Assembly (NCBI RefSeq): GCF_002007645.1
Contig: NZ_CP019791.1
Span: 2,904,593-2,968,592 of the forward strand
Direction: 5' to 3'
DNA: 64,000 bases
DNA from: Anaerohalosphaera lusitana
Lineage (GTDB): Bacteria > Planctomycetota > Phycisphaerae > Sedimentisphaerales > Anaerohalosphaeraceae
This document shows, piece after piece, positions 9,792-17,935 of the stretch. The notes below the pieces were generated by a model that worked only from the letters and a program-made list of their open reading frames with translations, was not told the DNA's origin and did not search any database. The translations under genes and the position numbers were made by a program. Numbering within the stretch: position 1 is the first letter of the stretch; every line of letters begins with the position of its first letter.

Positions 9792-11208
9792 CCCAAAAGG
9801 ATTCCTTAAACATAAACGGCAATCTGTTTCTTACAGACCTGTCGAGGAACGTGTCAAAGATTTTAATGAACTCGAGATCCCGCTTACGCCGGACGACCTT
9901 AAGAACCAGGCGTCTCGCTGCGTGGACTGCGGCATTCCGTTCTGTCATGGTGCGGGCTGTCCGCTAGGCAATCGCATACCTGAATTCAATGAGCTCGTGT
10001 ATAAGGGCAGGTGGCAGCTTGCATGTGAAGTTCTGCACAGCACTAACAATTTTCCGGAATTCACCGGGCGAGTATGCCCCGCCTTGTGCGAAGCTGCATG
10101 CACACTGGGCATAAATGACGAGCCGGTAACTGTACGCCATATCGAACTGCAGATCATAGAAAAGGGCTTCGAAAATGGCTGGATTGAACCGGTCTTGCCC
10201 GAACGAAAGACGGGCAAAAAAGTTGCGGTCATCGGTTCGGGTCCTGCAGGCTTGACAATCGCTCAACAGCTCGCCCGAAAGGGTCATGATGTGGTCGTCT
10301 TCGAAAAGGATGAACAGGCGGGCGGCTTACTTCGATACGGCATACCGAATTTCAAGCTGGATAAGGGCGTCATTGACCGTCGACTAAAACAGCTTGAAGC
10401 CGAGGGCGTTCAGTTCCAGACCGGCGTCGAAGTCGGCAAGGACATTTCTTCGCGATACCTGGAAAAACTGTTCGATGCGGTATGCATCACAATGGGTGCG
10501 GGCGAGCCGCGCGACCTGGGAGTACCGGGCAGAGGCTACGATAACATCATGTTTGCAATGGACTATCTCGGCGCCCAGAATCAACTGCTCTGCGGAGAGA
10601 TCGAAAGATCTGACCTGCCCAATGCCAGGAACAAAAAAGTCGTCGTCATCGGCGGCGGCGACACAGGCAGCGACTGTGTCGGCACGGCACGGCGCCAGGG
10701 CGCAAAGGAGATCTACCAGCTTGAGATCCTGCCCAAGCCGTCCGCTGACAGACCCGATGAGACTCCCTGGCCCTTCTGGCCAAAGATCATGCGAACTTCA
10801 TCTTCGCACGAGGAGGGCTGTGAGCGGATGTGGAGCACAATGACCAAATCCTTCGAAGGGTACGGCACACGTGTAACACAGCTCAAGGCCTGCAAGGTTG
10901 AATGGATCGAACATAGAGGCGGCTGGAAAGTCAAAGAAGTCCCTGACAGCGAATTCACCATATCTGCGGACCTCGTTCTCCTTGCTATGGGATTCGTACA
11001 CGTCGACCACACCGGCCTGGTAAAGGATCTAGATCTGGAACTGGACAGCCGAGGCAACATCGTCACTAAAGAAGGCCAAACCAGCGTCCCGTGGGTCTTC
11101 TCAGCAGGTGACTCAGTAAGCGGCGCTTCACTCGTTGTCAACGCCATCAAAGACGGTCGCGAAGTCGCAGCAAGCATAGATGAATGGCTTAACAGCAACG
11201 AGTCATAA
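9784..11208 (+). CDS. gltD: Glutamate synthase small subunit (NADPH-GOGAT beta)
   Basis: 474 aa. Fe-S cysteine clusters (CVDCGIPFC, CPALCEAAC) and two Rossmann GxGxxG motifs (VAVIGSGPAG, VVVIGGGDTG). Overlaps gltB by 8 bp. Confidence 0.95.
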   Translation: MADPKGFLKHKRQSVSYRPVEERVKDFNELEIPLTPDDLKNQASRCVDCGIPFCHGAGCPLGNRIPEFNELVYKGRWQLACEVLHSTNNFPEFTGRVCPALCEAACTLGINDEPVTVRHIELQIIEKGFENGWIEPVLPERKTGKKVAVIGSGPAGLTIAQQLARKGHDVVVFEKDEQAGGLLRYGIPNFKLDKGVIDRRLKQLEAEGVQFQTGVEVGKDISSRYLEKLFDAVCITMGAGEPRDLGVPGRGYDNIMFAMDYLGAQNQLLCGEIERSDLPNARNKKVVVIGGGDTGSDCVGTARRQGAKEIYQLEILPKPSADRPDETPWPFWPKIMRTSSSHEEGCERMWSTMTKSFEGYGTRVTQLKACKVEWIEHRGGWKVKEVPDSEFTISADLVLLAMGFVHVDHTGLVKDLDLELDSRGNIVTKEGQTSVPWVFSAGDSVSGASLVVNAIKDGREVAASIDEWLNSNES

Positions 11209-11209
11209 A

Positions 11210-11246
11210 CATATACAAAGGACGTCTTCTAAAACTGGAAGACGTC
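11210..11246. terminator. Bidirectional Rho-independent terminator between convergent gltD and the DUF3179-like gene
   Basis: AAGGACGTCTTC-taaaactg-GAAGACGTCCTT (perfect 12-bp stem) followed by TTTTTT on the plus strand. A-run on the other side gives a T-run for the minus-strand transcript. Confidence 0.75.
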
Positions 11247-11253
11247 CTTTTTT

Positions 11254-12396
11254 CTACCATTCTTCTTCAATCTCACCGTCTGGTTGGTATATTTCTACGC
11301 CAGGTTCAAACGTTTCCAGAGTTTCCTCAAGGGTGTCCGTATAGTTAAGCGGATCGAGACGTCGGCCCTTGTACTGTCCCTCGACACAGTGCCCCATAAT
11401 GTTCCATCTGCTGCCTGTCTGATGATCGACAAAGTCTCCGTCCTCATACTTAAATTCCAGCACCCGCCCATCAAAGCTGCGGTCGAACACGCCGGTAGCA
11501 TCCATCAGCCCGTAGTCCGTCGACCCGTTATTGAAAATAACGACTGGCTGACCTGCAACGATATCATTCAAGACATACTCGTTACGGGTAAGAAGATAAG
11601 AATATGCTTTACTGGTCCGCTCTGTGGACACGTTCAAAATACGTCCAGCGTAACCATACTGTCCATAGAATAAGCCCGGCCCAACATAAGAGCCGTAGTA
11701 ATAATCATATCCCGACCAGTATGGGTTCAGGCCGTAATCGCGTGTGACGCCTGTAACCTGCGACAAGACCTCACCATCCGGATACGCACTGCGAAATCGC
11801 TCAAATGTTATGATCTGCGAAGGAACCCGGACCAGGTACTCCCCCGCAAGATCACCCACAAGACCCTGGCCGGTGTACTGCTGCCAAAGTGTTTCCGTGC
11901 TGTCGTCATACATTACAAAATTACCGTAGCGAACAAATCCGGAAACATAAAAATCGTAAACTGAATCGTTAAGATCACGCCCATAAACCACCGCTGTACT
12001 GCACAATGGACAGTAGGTAACTGCGATGTTGACACCATTTATCTCATCATTCACGATCTGGTGCCAGACCAGGATTTGCAGCGGATACGCCTTTGCTGTA
12101 TCTCCAATTGATGTGACAAGAACGGGCTCGGTATCCTCCACCCAGAAAGATGCGCTGCCCGCAGTCTCAAACCACGGATCACGCAGGGCCGTTTCGCTCT
12201 CCTTACCTATGCCAACCTGAACCAGCTCCCCCAGCGCGATCACTGACTTGTCCACATTGGTTCGCCAGCCGGCAAGATTGACCTCGCCATACGCCCAACT
12301 GTATTTGCTCTGATAACTTCGCGCAGTAATTAATACGCATAAAAACGCACTGACAACAACCAAAACAAGAATATACTTTTTGACATGCGCAGCCAT
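11254..12396 (-). CDS. Secreted or membrane-anchored protein of unknown function, possibly DUF3179 family
   Basis: 380 aa, N-terminal signal-anchor helix, Trp/Tyr-rich (LQILVWHQIVND, YCPLCSTAV). I recognise no catalytic family; the DUF3179 assignment is from memory of its conserved W motifs and is uncertain. Convergent with gltD and sharing a bidirectional terminator. Confidence 0.45.
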   Translation of the reverse strand: MAAHVKKYILVLVVVSAFLCVLITARSYQSKYSWAYGEVNLAGWRTNVDKSVIALGELVQVGIGKESETALRDPWFETAGSASFWVEDTEPVLVTSIGDTAKAYPLQILVWHQIVNDEINGVNIAVTYCPLCSTAVVYGRDLNDSVYDFYVSGFVRYGNFVMYDDSTETLWQQYTGQGLVGDLAGEYLVRVPSQIITFERFRSAYPDGEVLSQVTGVTRDYGLNPYWSGYDYYYGSYVGPGLFYGQYGYAGRILNVSTERTSKAYSYLLTRNEYVLNDIVAGQPVVIFNNGSTDYGLMDATGVFDRSFDGRVLEFKYEDGDFVDHQTGSRWNIMGHCVEGQYKGRRLDPLNYTDTLEETLETFEPGVEIYQPDGEIEEEW

Positions 12397-12480
12397 GATG
12401 CACTCCCATAAAATGAGCCATTCATTGCTACGCGCATACCCGACAACGGTTCCGACAAAACAGTCGTCATGCCGCAGATA

Positions 12481-13329
12481 CTAACGCACCATCACCTGAC
12501 CTGAGTCCACTACCAGAGTTTGCCCTGTAATAACCCGTGCCTTTTCAGAGCACAGAAAGACTACCGAATCCGCTATGTCCTGCCCGATGATCTCACGCTT
12601 GAGGGCAGTTCTGCTTATATAGAAGGGAATAACCTCCTCAGGCTTGATCTTGTATTTGGCGGCACAGATCTTAATGTACTCCGGGTTCCAGATCTTAGAG
12701 CCCTTAAAGACATTGCCCGGACATATGCTGTTCACGCGAATTCCGTACTCACCCAGCTCAAGAGCCCAGCCGCGAGCCATGTGGATCTCACCCGCCTTTG
12801 TCGCATTGTAAGGCGTATTGTTCTTGCTCGCCTGCAGACCGGACTTGGAACTGATATTTATAATATTGCCGCCCCTTTCCCGATCGATCATTATACGCGC
12901 AGCCGCCTGCGCCATCAGCAGATAGCCCGTAAGATTCACCTCCAGCGCCAGTCGCCATTTCTTCACGTCGATATCGACCAGCGGCCCAGCCGGAGCAATA
13001 CCGGCAGCGTTAACGAGCGCATCCAGACGATCCCATTTCGCCATTATTTTTTCGTATGCGTCCGCCACACTATCTTCTTCAGCGACATTGCAAATAACCG
13101 GCATCACATCCGCAGAGGGCATCTCCACGTTTATCTCTTCACTCGCTTCATTCGCAGCCTTCTCATCGAGGTCAACCAGAGCGACCTTCGCTCCAGCCCG
13201 GGCAAGTCCGACTGCCAGCCCCTTACCTATGCCGCTACCGGCACCGGTAACGATCGCAACCTTGTCCTTGAGGTCATCAGAATAAACCGTTCTAGGTGTT
13301 TCTTCGCTGATCTGTGATCTATCAATCAC
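12481..13329 (-). CDS. Short-chain dehydrogenase/reductase (SDR)
   Basis: 282 aa. TGAGSGIGKG cofactor motif, NAAG and YxxxK catalytic region. Last gene of the minus-strand array that starts at the E1 gene. Confidence 0.85.
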   Translation of the reverse strand: MIDRSQISEETPRTVYSDDLKDKVAIVTGAGSGIGKGLAVGLARAGAKVALVDLDEKAANEASEEINVEMPSADVMPVICNVAEEDSVADAYEKIMAKWDRLDALVNAAGIAPAGPLVDIDVKKWRLALEVNLTGYLLMAQAAARIMIDRERGGNIINISSKSGLQASKNNTPYNATKAGEIHMARGWALELGEYGIRVNSICPGNVFKGSKIWNPEYIKICAAKYKIKPEEVIPFYISRTALKREIIGQDIADSVVFLCSEKARVITGQTLVVDSGQVMVR

Positions 13330-13347
13330 GGCTGAGTCCTTTCGTTG

Positions 13348-15018
13348 TTAGCTTCCCATTTCTTCGATAAGTGCCTTCTCTGCCTGCCTGGTCCACACCC
13401 CGTTCTCAAGAGCCTCCGCCACCCTGGGCAGTTTGGTCGCCAAATCCTTCAACTTGATCATCTCAAGGCCCTTGCACTGCGGATACACCAGTATCTTTCC
13501 TGCAATGCTTCGATTTTCGACCGCACGGATACCCTCGATTGCAGCCTCTAGACCCGCGATCGCGGCAACCGAAACATCCGTATCCAGACTGCCGCTCTCC
13601 ACCTTCGAAAGCACGGTCTTCATATCGTCAATAGTCGAGCCGCTGGTACCAATAAAGTACAGGCCCTTCGCAATATAGACATCCAGATCTATCTGCCCCA
13701 TAACCGTTGCGGGGATGCCTGCAAAAATATTGATTATTCCATTTTGAGCAGAATTCTTCACCGCCGCTTCTACCAAAGCGGGCACAGGCGCCATTATGGA
13801 TGTATAGTCAAACTCTGTCCTTGCCAACTCATCGTCAGGGCAGAAATGAGCGTATCCGACACCGTTATCCTCAGCCATGGGCCCAGCTAGCTTCTCAAGT
13901 GATTCGAGCCTGGATCTATCGAGATCGCTGGCGTAGACTTCCACCTCGGGCACACCCTGGCAGATATTGCGGATCACGTGCATCACTCCCATTGGCCCGC
14001 CAGCACCGACGACATTGATCTTATCGCCCTTCCTGATCTCGCCTATCTCAGGAATCACCGTCATCGACTCGGCAGGATCATCACCCGTAGTGCCGATGAT
14101 CCGAATACCACCATAATGCGTTCGACCGACCGGCAAAGTGATCTTCCGTCCAAACCTACCGCCGCACTGGACAATATTCAGCAGCCCAGCTGCAGCTACT
14201 TTTTCAAAAAGCCCTTCCGCAGTCTCAGGAGAACTGCCGTAATATATGACATCGTCATACGCTTCCACCCCCGCATGATCCATCCCGGCCAACGCTTCGA
14301 TCTCCACTCCAATGCTGTCAAACTCACACTCCGGCCCAACCCAGTCGATCTTCGCGGGCTTGCCGAAACGGGCAAACAAAGATTTCAGCACACTGCAGTC
14401 GATCGCCTCGTCCGCAACGACCAGCATCTTACCGCCTTCTTTAATCCCGGTCCGTTCATGAACCGCATAAGCATCTTCAACGCAAGCCCAGGGCTCAACC
14501 AGTGCGATCGCAGACGCGCTTTTTTCAGGCGAAGCAGGTATAAGCATGCTCTGACCCTCCGGCGAAGTGATCACCCGTTCATCCATAAGAACATATTCCT
14601 GCAGACCGCCTTCAAAATTATACCCAAGCGCTGCATTCGATTGTGCGGTCTTCAACCAGCGATAGTCAGTCTGCACAAGGTATCGCCCGTCAAGCTCAAC
14701 CGTTTTCACCTCATCGCCCTTTTTGCAAATCCGCACGACAAGCTCATGTCCCGGAACGGTCGGCTCGGAACCCGGAACATAGCTGGGAATGCTTTTCAAT
14801 GCATCTTCGTCGATCCCCGCTCGTATTTCAGACTTGCGAGCATGATTGTCAAACTGCTTGAGCAGCTTGAGGTCTGAAAAACAAAGCCCGACAGCTTCGA
14901 CCTTGCACAAAATCTGAAACGGCCCAACATCAGGCACGTCTTTGTCAATTACAAATTTCAGTTCATCAGGCCCCTCTAAAAGCACGGCCCTCTGCTTGTC
15001 TGGTATTTCGCAACTCAT
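13348..15018 (-). CDS. Zinc-type medium-chain dehydrogenase/reductase (MDR) family protein with C-terminal extension
   Basis: 556 aa. GroES-like N-domain with GHE (zinc ligand context PGHELVV), Rossmann GAGGPMG, plus about 150 extra C-terminal residues. Substrate unknown. Confidence 0.65.
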   Translation of the reverse strand: MSCEIPDKQRAVLLEGPDELKFVIDKDVPDVGPFQILCKVEAVGLCFSDLKLLKQFDNHARKSEIRAGIDEDALKSIPSYVPGSEPTVPGHELVVRICKKGDEVKTVELDGRYLVQTDYRWLKTAQSNAALGYNFEGGLQEYVLMDERVITSPEGQSMLIPASPEKSASAIALVEPWACVEDAYAVHERTGIKEGGKMLVVADEAIDCSVLKSLFARFGKPAKIDWVGPECEFDSIGVEIEALAGMDHAGVEAYDDVIYYGSSPETAEGLFEKVAAAGLLNIVQCGGRFGRKITLPVGRTHYGGIRIIGTTGDDPAESMTVIPEIGEIRKGDKINVVGAGGPMGVMHVIRNICQGVPEVEVYASDLDRSRLESLEKLAGPMAEDNGVGYAHFCPDDELARTEFDYTSIMAPVPALVEAAVKNSAQNGIINIFAGIPATVMGQIDLDVYIAKGLYFIGTSGSTIDDMKTVLSKVESGSLDTDVSVAAIAGLEAAIEGIRAVENRSIAGKILVYPQCKGLEMIKLKDLATKLPRVAEALENGVWTRQAEKALIEEMGS

Positions 15019-15033
15019 CTATAAAACCACTCC

Positions 15034-16365
15034 TTATTCAGCGAGGTTCATTATATCGCCCGGTTCAAAATCATTCCCACTCAAATCAGTCAGCCTGGGC
15101 TGCCGCTCTACGGGCAACTTACGGCCCACCTCAGCGAAAAATGCATTCTTATCAAAAACGCTGTCAAAATTCTCATCCGCCCATTCACTCAGATAGCCGA
15201 CACCAAGATACCTCTGCAGCACCGAATGAGCATATCCTATATAAGCCCCTTGCATAAAGGTGTCCTCGAAAGGCGCAAGTTCGTCACTTTCAAAATCGTC
15301 ACAGAACTTCTGCCCCGGGCTGTTCATCTCGGTCCCAACGAAAACCGGCAATCCCTTCTTCTTCGCCAGCCCAATAACTTCGTGCAGTTTTTCCAGCTTC
15401 TCATCGACCACACCGGGCGTGAAGTTGCGATCCGGAATTATGTTGATCGCTGCAACACCAGCAGCCATGTAAACATCCAACATTTCCTCGATAAGCTGCT
15501 CCCCGTCCGTAAGCCCATTGAGCCATGTCATCGTCGGAATGCCGCCCGCATCAAGTATGAACCGGTTTGTCTCGCGAAGCGTAGGATACGATCCGCCATC
15601 CGGCTGAACGTAACCGACACCGCCCTTTTTCATCGTTTTCGCTCTGATAGCCCCCTGCAGTCCTACTCCGTCCGGCAGATCGAGTTCCTTGCGGTCCATC
15701 TGCAATTTTTCCGCCCAGAAATCCGCCAACTCCTCGCCGTTCCCAAATACTTCCTCCGCCTTCTTCGCATACGCCAGACAGATATGTCGCTCTGTCGCAT
15801 TTCCATTCGGAGTCAACGAAAGAACATCCGCTTCATAGTCAAGCGTCACCGGCGACAGATAATCATTCACCCGGCCGATAAGCGATTCGTTTCGCTCCCG
15901 CGCGATGGTCCTCAACTTGTCCAGAAAGACCGCACATTCGGTGTCAACATCCCCAGTCGGAAAACCAACACCCATGTGATAGGCTATCCCCGGCTCACCG
16001 GGCGAATTGATAACCTTATCCGAGAATTCTGGAACGAATACACGTGTCTCCAGACCCGCAAAACCCTTAAGGCCAAGCATGAAACAGGCCCTGTGAAACT
16101 CGTCAACTCCGTCAAGAACGTCAAAATCAACAATGCCCGCTGCAGTAAGACCCTTCTGCCTCGCAAGCCAGGCAAGCTTACTTGGCGAATAATCGTAACA
16201 GTTGTATGAAAAAAAAGTATGGCAGTGCAGGTTAACAGTCGGCTTAGGCTCGGGCATCTTGATCCCCGCATCGCCGGTACCCTGGATCAACGCATTTATA
16301 GCATTAACCCGTTCACTCTTTTCAAAACTATCAAGCTTCGCTTCAAGATCACGAAACATCTTCAT
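15034..16365 (-). CDS. PHP (polymerase/histidinol phosphatase) domain metal-dependent phosphoesterase-like protein
   Basis: N-terminal HxH motif (NLHCHTFFS) and following Asp/His ligands typical of the PHP fold. I moved the start to the internal ATG (MKMFRDLE); the longest ORF start at 16446 would overlap the upstream kinase by about 100 bp. It still overlaps the kinase stop by 17 bp. Confidence 0.55.
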   Translation of the reverse strand: MKMFRDLEAKLDSFEKSERVNAINALIQGTGDAGIKMPEPKPTVNLHCHTFFSYNCYDYSPSKLAWLARQKGLTAAGIVDFDVLDGVDEFHRACFMLGLKGFAGLETRVFVPEFSDKVINSPGEPGIAYHMGVGFPTGDVDTECAVFLDKLRTIARERNESLIGRVNDYLSPVTLDYEADVLSLTPNGNATERHICLAYAKKAEEVFGNGEELADFWAEKLQMDRKELDLPDGVGLQGAIRAKTMKKGGVGYVQPDGGSYPTLRETNRFILDAGGIPTMTWLNGLTDGEQLIEEMLDVYMAAGVAAINIIPDRNFTPGVVDEKLEKLHEVIGLAKKKGLPVFVGTEMNSPGQKFCDDFESDELAPFEDTFMQGAYIGYAHSVLQRYLGVGYLSEWADENFDSVFDKNAFFAEVGRKLPVERQPRLTDLSGNDFEPGDIMNLAE

Positions 16366-17839
16366 CCCTTTCCTGCAATTGTATGAACTCGGCATATTTT
16401 TCGTTCCAGATCGCCGTGTCTCTGGGCAAGTATTCGGCAAGATCAAACGAATTCGTAACTATCCTGCGAGCGGTCTCGACCGAATCGATCTGGCCTGCTC
16501 CCATAGCCTGCACAAGGATGTTCCCGCTGGCAGTAGCCTCGGCCGGACCGGTGACCACCTTCTTACCGATCGCATCTGCAGTCAACTGACACAGCAGCTC
16601 ATTTTTTATGCCCCCGCCGACGACATGAAGCACCTCAACAGCCCTGCCGCTGGCCTTTTCAACCTTCTGAATCTCTCTTCTGTAACGCATCGCAAGGCTG
16701 TCCAGTATCAGACGAGCCATCTGGCCCTTGTCCTCCGTAGTCTTCTGTCCCGTCTTCTCCAGATAACGATTGATCTTCGCCGGCATATCACCGGGCGCCA
16801 GAAATTCATCGTAGTTCACGTCCAGGAAACCAAAGAAAGGCTCTGCATTACCCGCCATCTCAGCAAGCTCGCCGTAAGACAGCTCTCTGCCCTGCTCTTT
16901 CCAGTCTCGGCGGCATTCCTGCAGCAGCCACAAACCCATAATATTCTTCAAAAAACGTATGGTTCCGCCGACGCCGCCCTCGTTGGTGAAACCCATCTCG
17001 AAAGCATCGTCAGTCACAATCGCTTCAGGCACTTCCACACCAAGCAGGCTCCAGGTACCGCTGGAAAGATATGCCCAGTTTTCGTCAGATGCGGGCACAG
17101 CCGCAACCGCACTCGCAGTATCATGCGAACCTGCAGCGTATACCGGAACCGGCTCGCAATTGAGCTCGCTGCAAATCTCCGGGCTCAACTCACCAACCCG
17201 GATGCCCGGCGTGACAACCTCGGGCATCAACTCTATAGGCAGCCCAAGACCGTCAAAAATCTCCTGCGACCACTGACCAGTTTCCATATTCATCAACTGA
17301 CTTGTACTCGCAAGGGTATACTCAGCATACTTTCTGCCACAGAGTAGATAAGATATCAGATCAGCGGTAAACAAAAGGGTCCTTGCCCTAGCCAGCGCAG
17401 GCGAATTATTGAGCTTCATTGAAAGAAGCTGATAAACAGTATTGATCTGCATGAACTGCACACCGCTGTTGGCATATATCGCCCGCTTGTCCATCAGCTC
17501 AAAAGCTTTCTCTAGCATGCCGTCGGTACGACTGTCGCGATAACAGTACGGATACTCAACCAGATCGCCTTCCGCATCCAGCAAACCGAAATCAACCCCC
17601 CAACTGTCAACAGCCAAACCCTCGACCTTACCCCCAGCCGCCTCGATAGCTTCACCGATGCCCTTCTTTATTTCGCAGAAAAGACGAGCAAAATCCCATC
17701 TCAGCGTTCCATCCTGATCGACGGCACCATTTTCAAATCGGCGTATCTCTTTGAGCTCGAGCTTATCATTACTGACATTACCCAGCATTACCCGGCCGCT
17801 CTCAGCGCCAAGATCAACAGCTATATAGTTCTTTCCCAT
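16349..17839 (-). CDS. rhaB: Rhamnulokinase (FGGY family)
   Basis: FGGY kinase with strong similarity to RhaB (YIAVDLGAESGRVMLG, RWDFARLF, NIMGLWLLQ, HVVGGG). Start set to the internal ATG at 17839 (MGKNYIAVD), which has a GGAG RBS 9 nt upstream. Confidence 0.8.
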   Translation of the reverse strand: MGKNYIAVDLGAESGRVMLGNVSNDKLELKEIRRFENGAVDQDGTLRWDFARLFCEIKKGIGEAIEAAGGKVEGLAVDSWGVDFGLLDAEGDLVEYPYCYRDSRTDGMLEKAFELMDKRAIYANSGVQFMQINTVYQLLSMKLNNSPALARARTLLFTADLISYLLCGRKYAEYTLASTSQLMNMETGQWSQEIFDGLGLPIELMPEVVTPGIRVGELSPEICSELNCEPVPVYAAGSHDTASAVAAVPASDENWAYLSSGTWSLLGVEVPEAIVTDDAFEMGFTNEGGVGGTIRFLKNIMGLWLLQECRRDWKEQGRELSYGELAEMAGNAEPFFGFLDVNYDEFLAPGDMPAKINRYLEKTGQKTTEDKGQMARLILDSLAMRYRREIQKVEKASGRAVEVLHVVGGGIKNELLCQLTADAIGKKVVTGPAEATASGNILVQAMGAGQIDSVETARRIVTNSFDLAEYLPRDTAIWNEKYAEFIQLQERDEDVS

Positions 17840-17935
17840 AATTGCCCACTCCTTGTAGAATATCATATCGCTATCAGCAGACAGAGAAACACGTCCTAAC
17901 CTGCTGAAAGTCATATTTTGACTGTTGGGAATACT

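Noticed and set aside
13978-17347. Plus-strand ORFs of 299, 327 and 381 aa antisense to the MDR, PHP and rhaB genes
   Set aside because: Arg/His/Pro-rich, no domain resemblance. They overlap real genes that have clear homology and RBSs.
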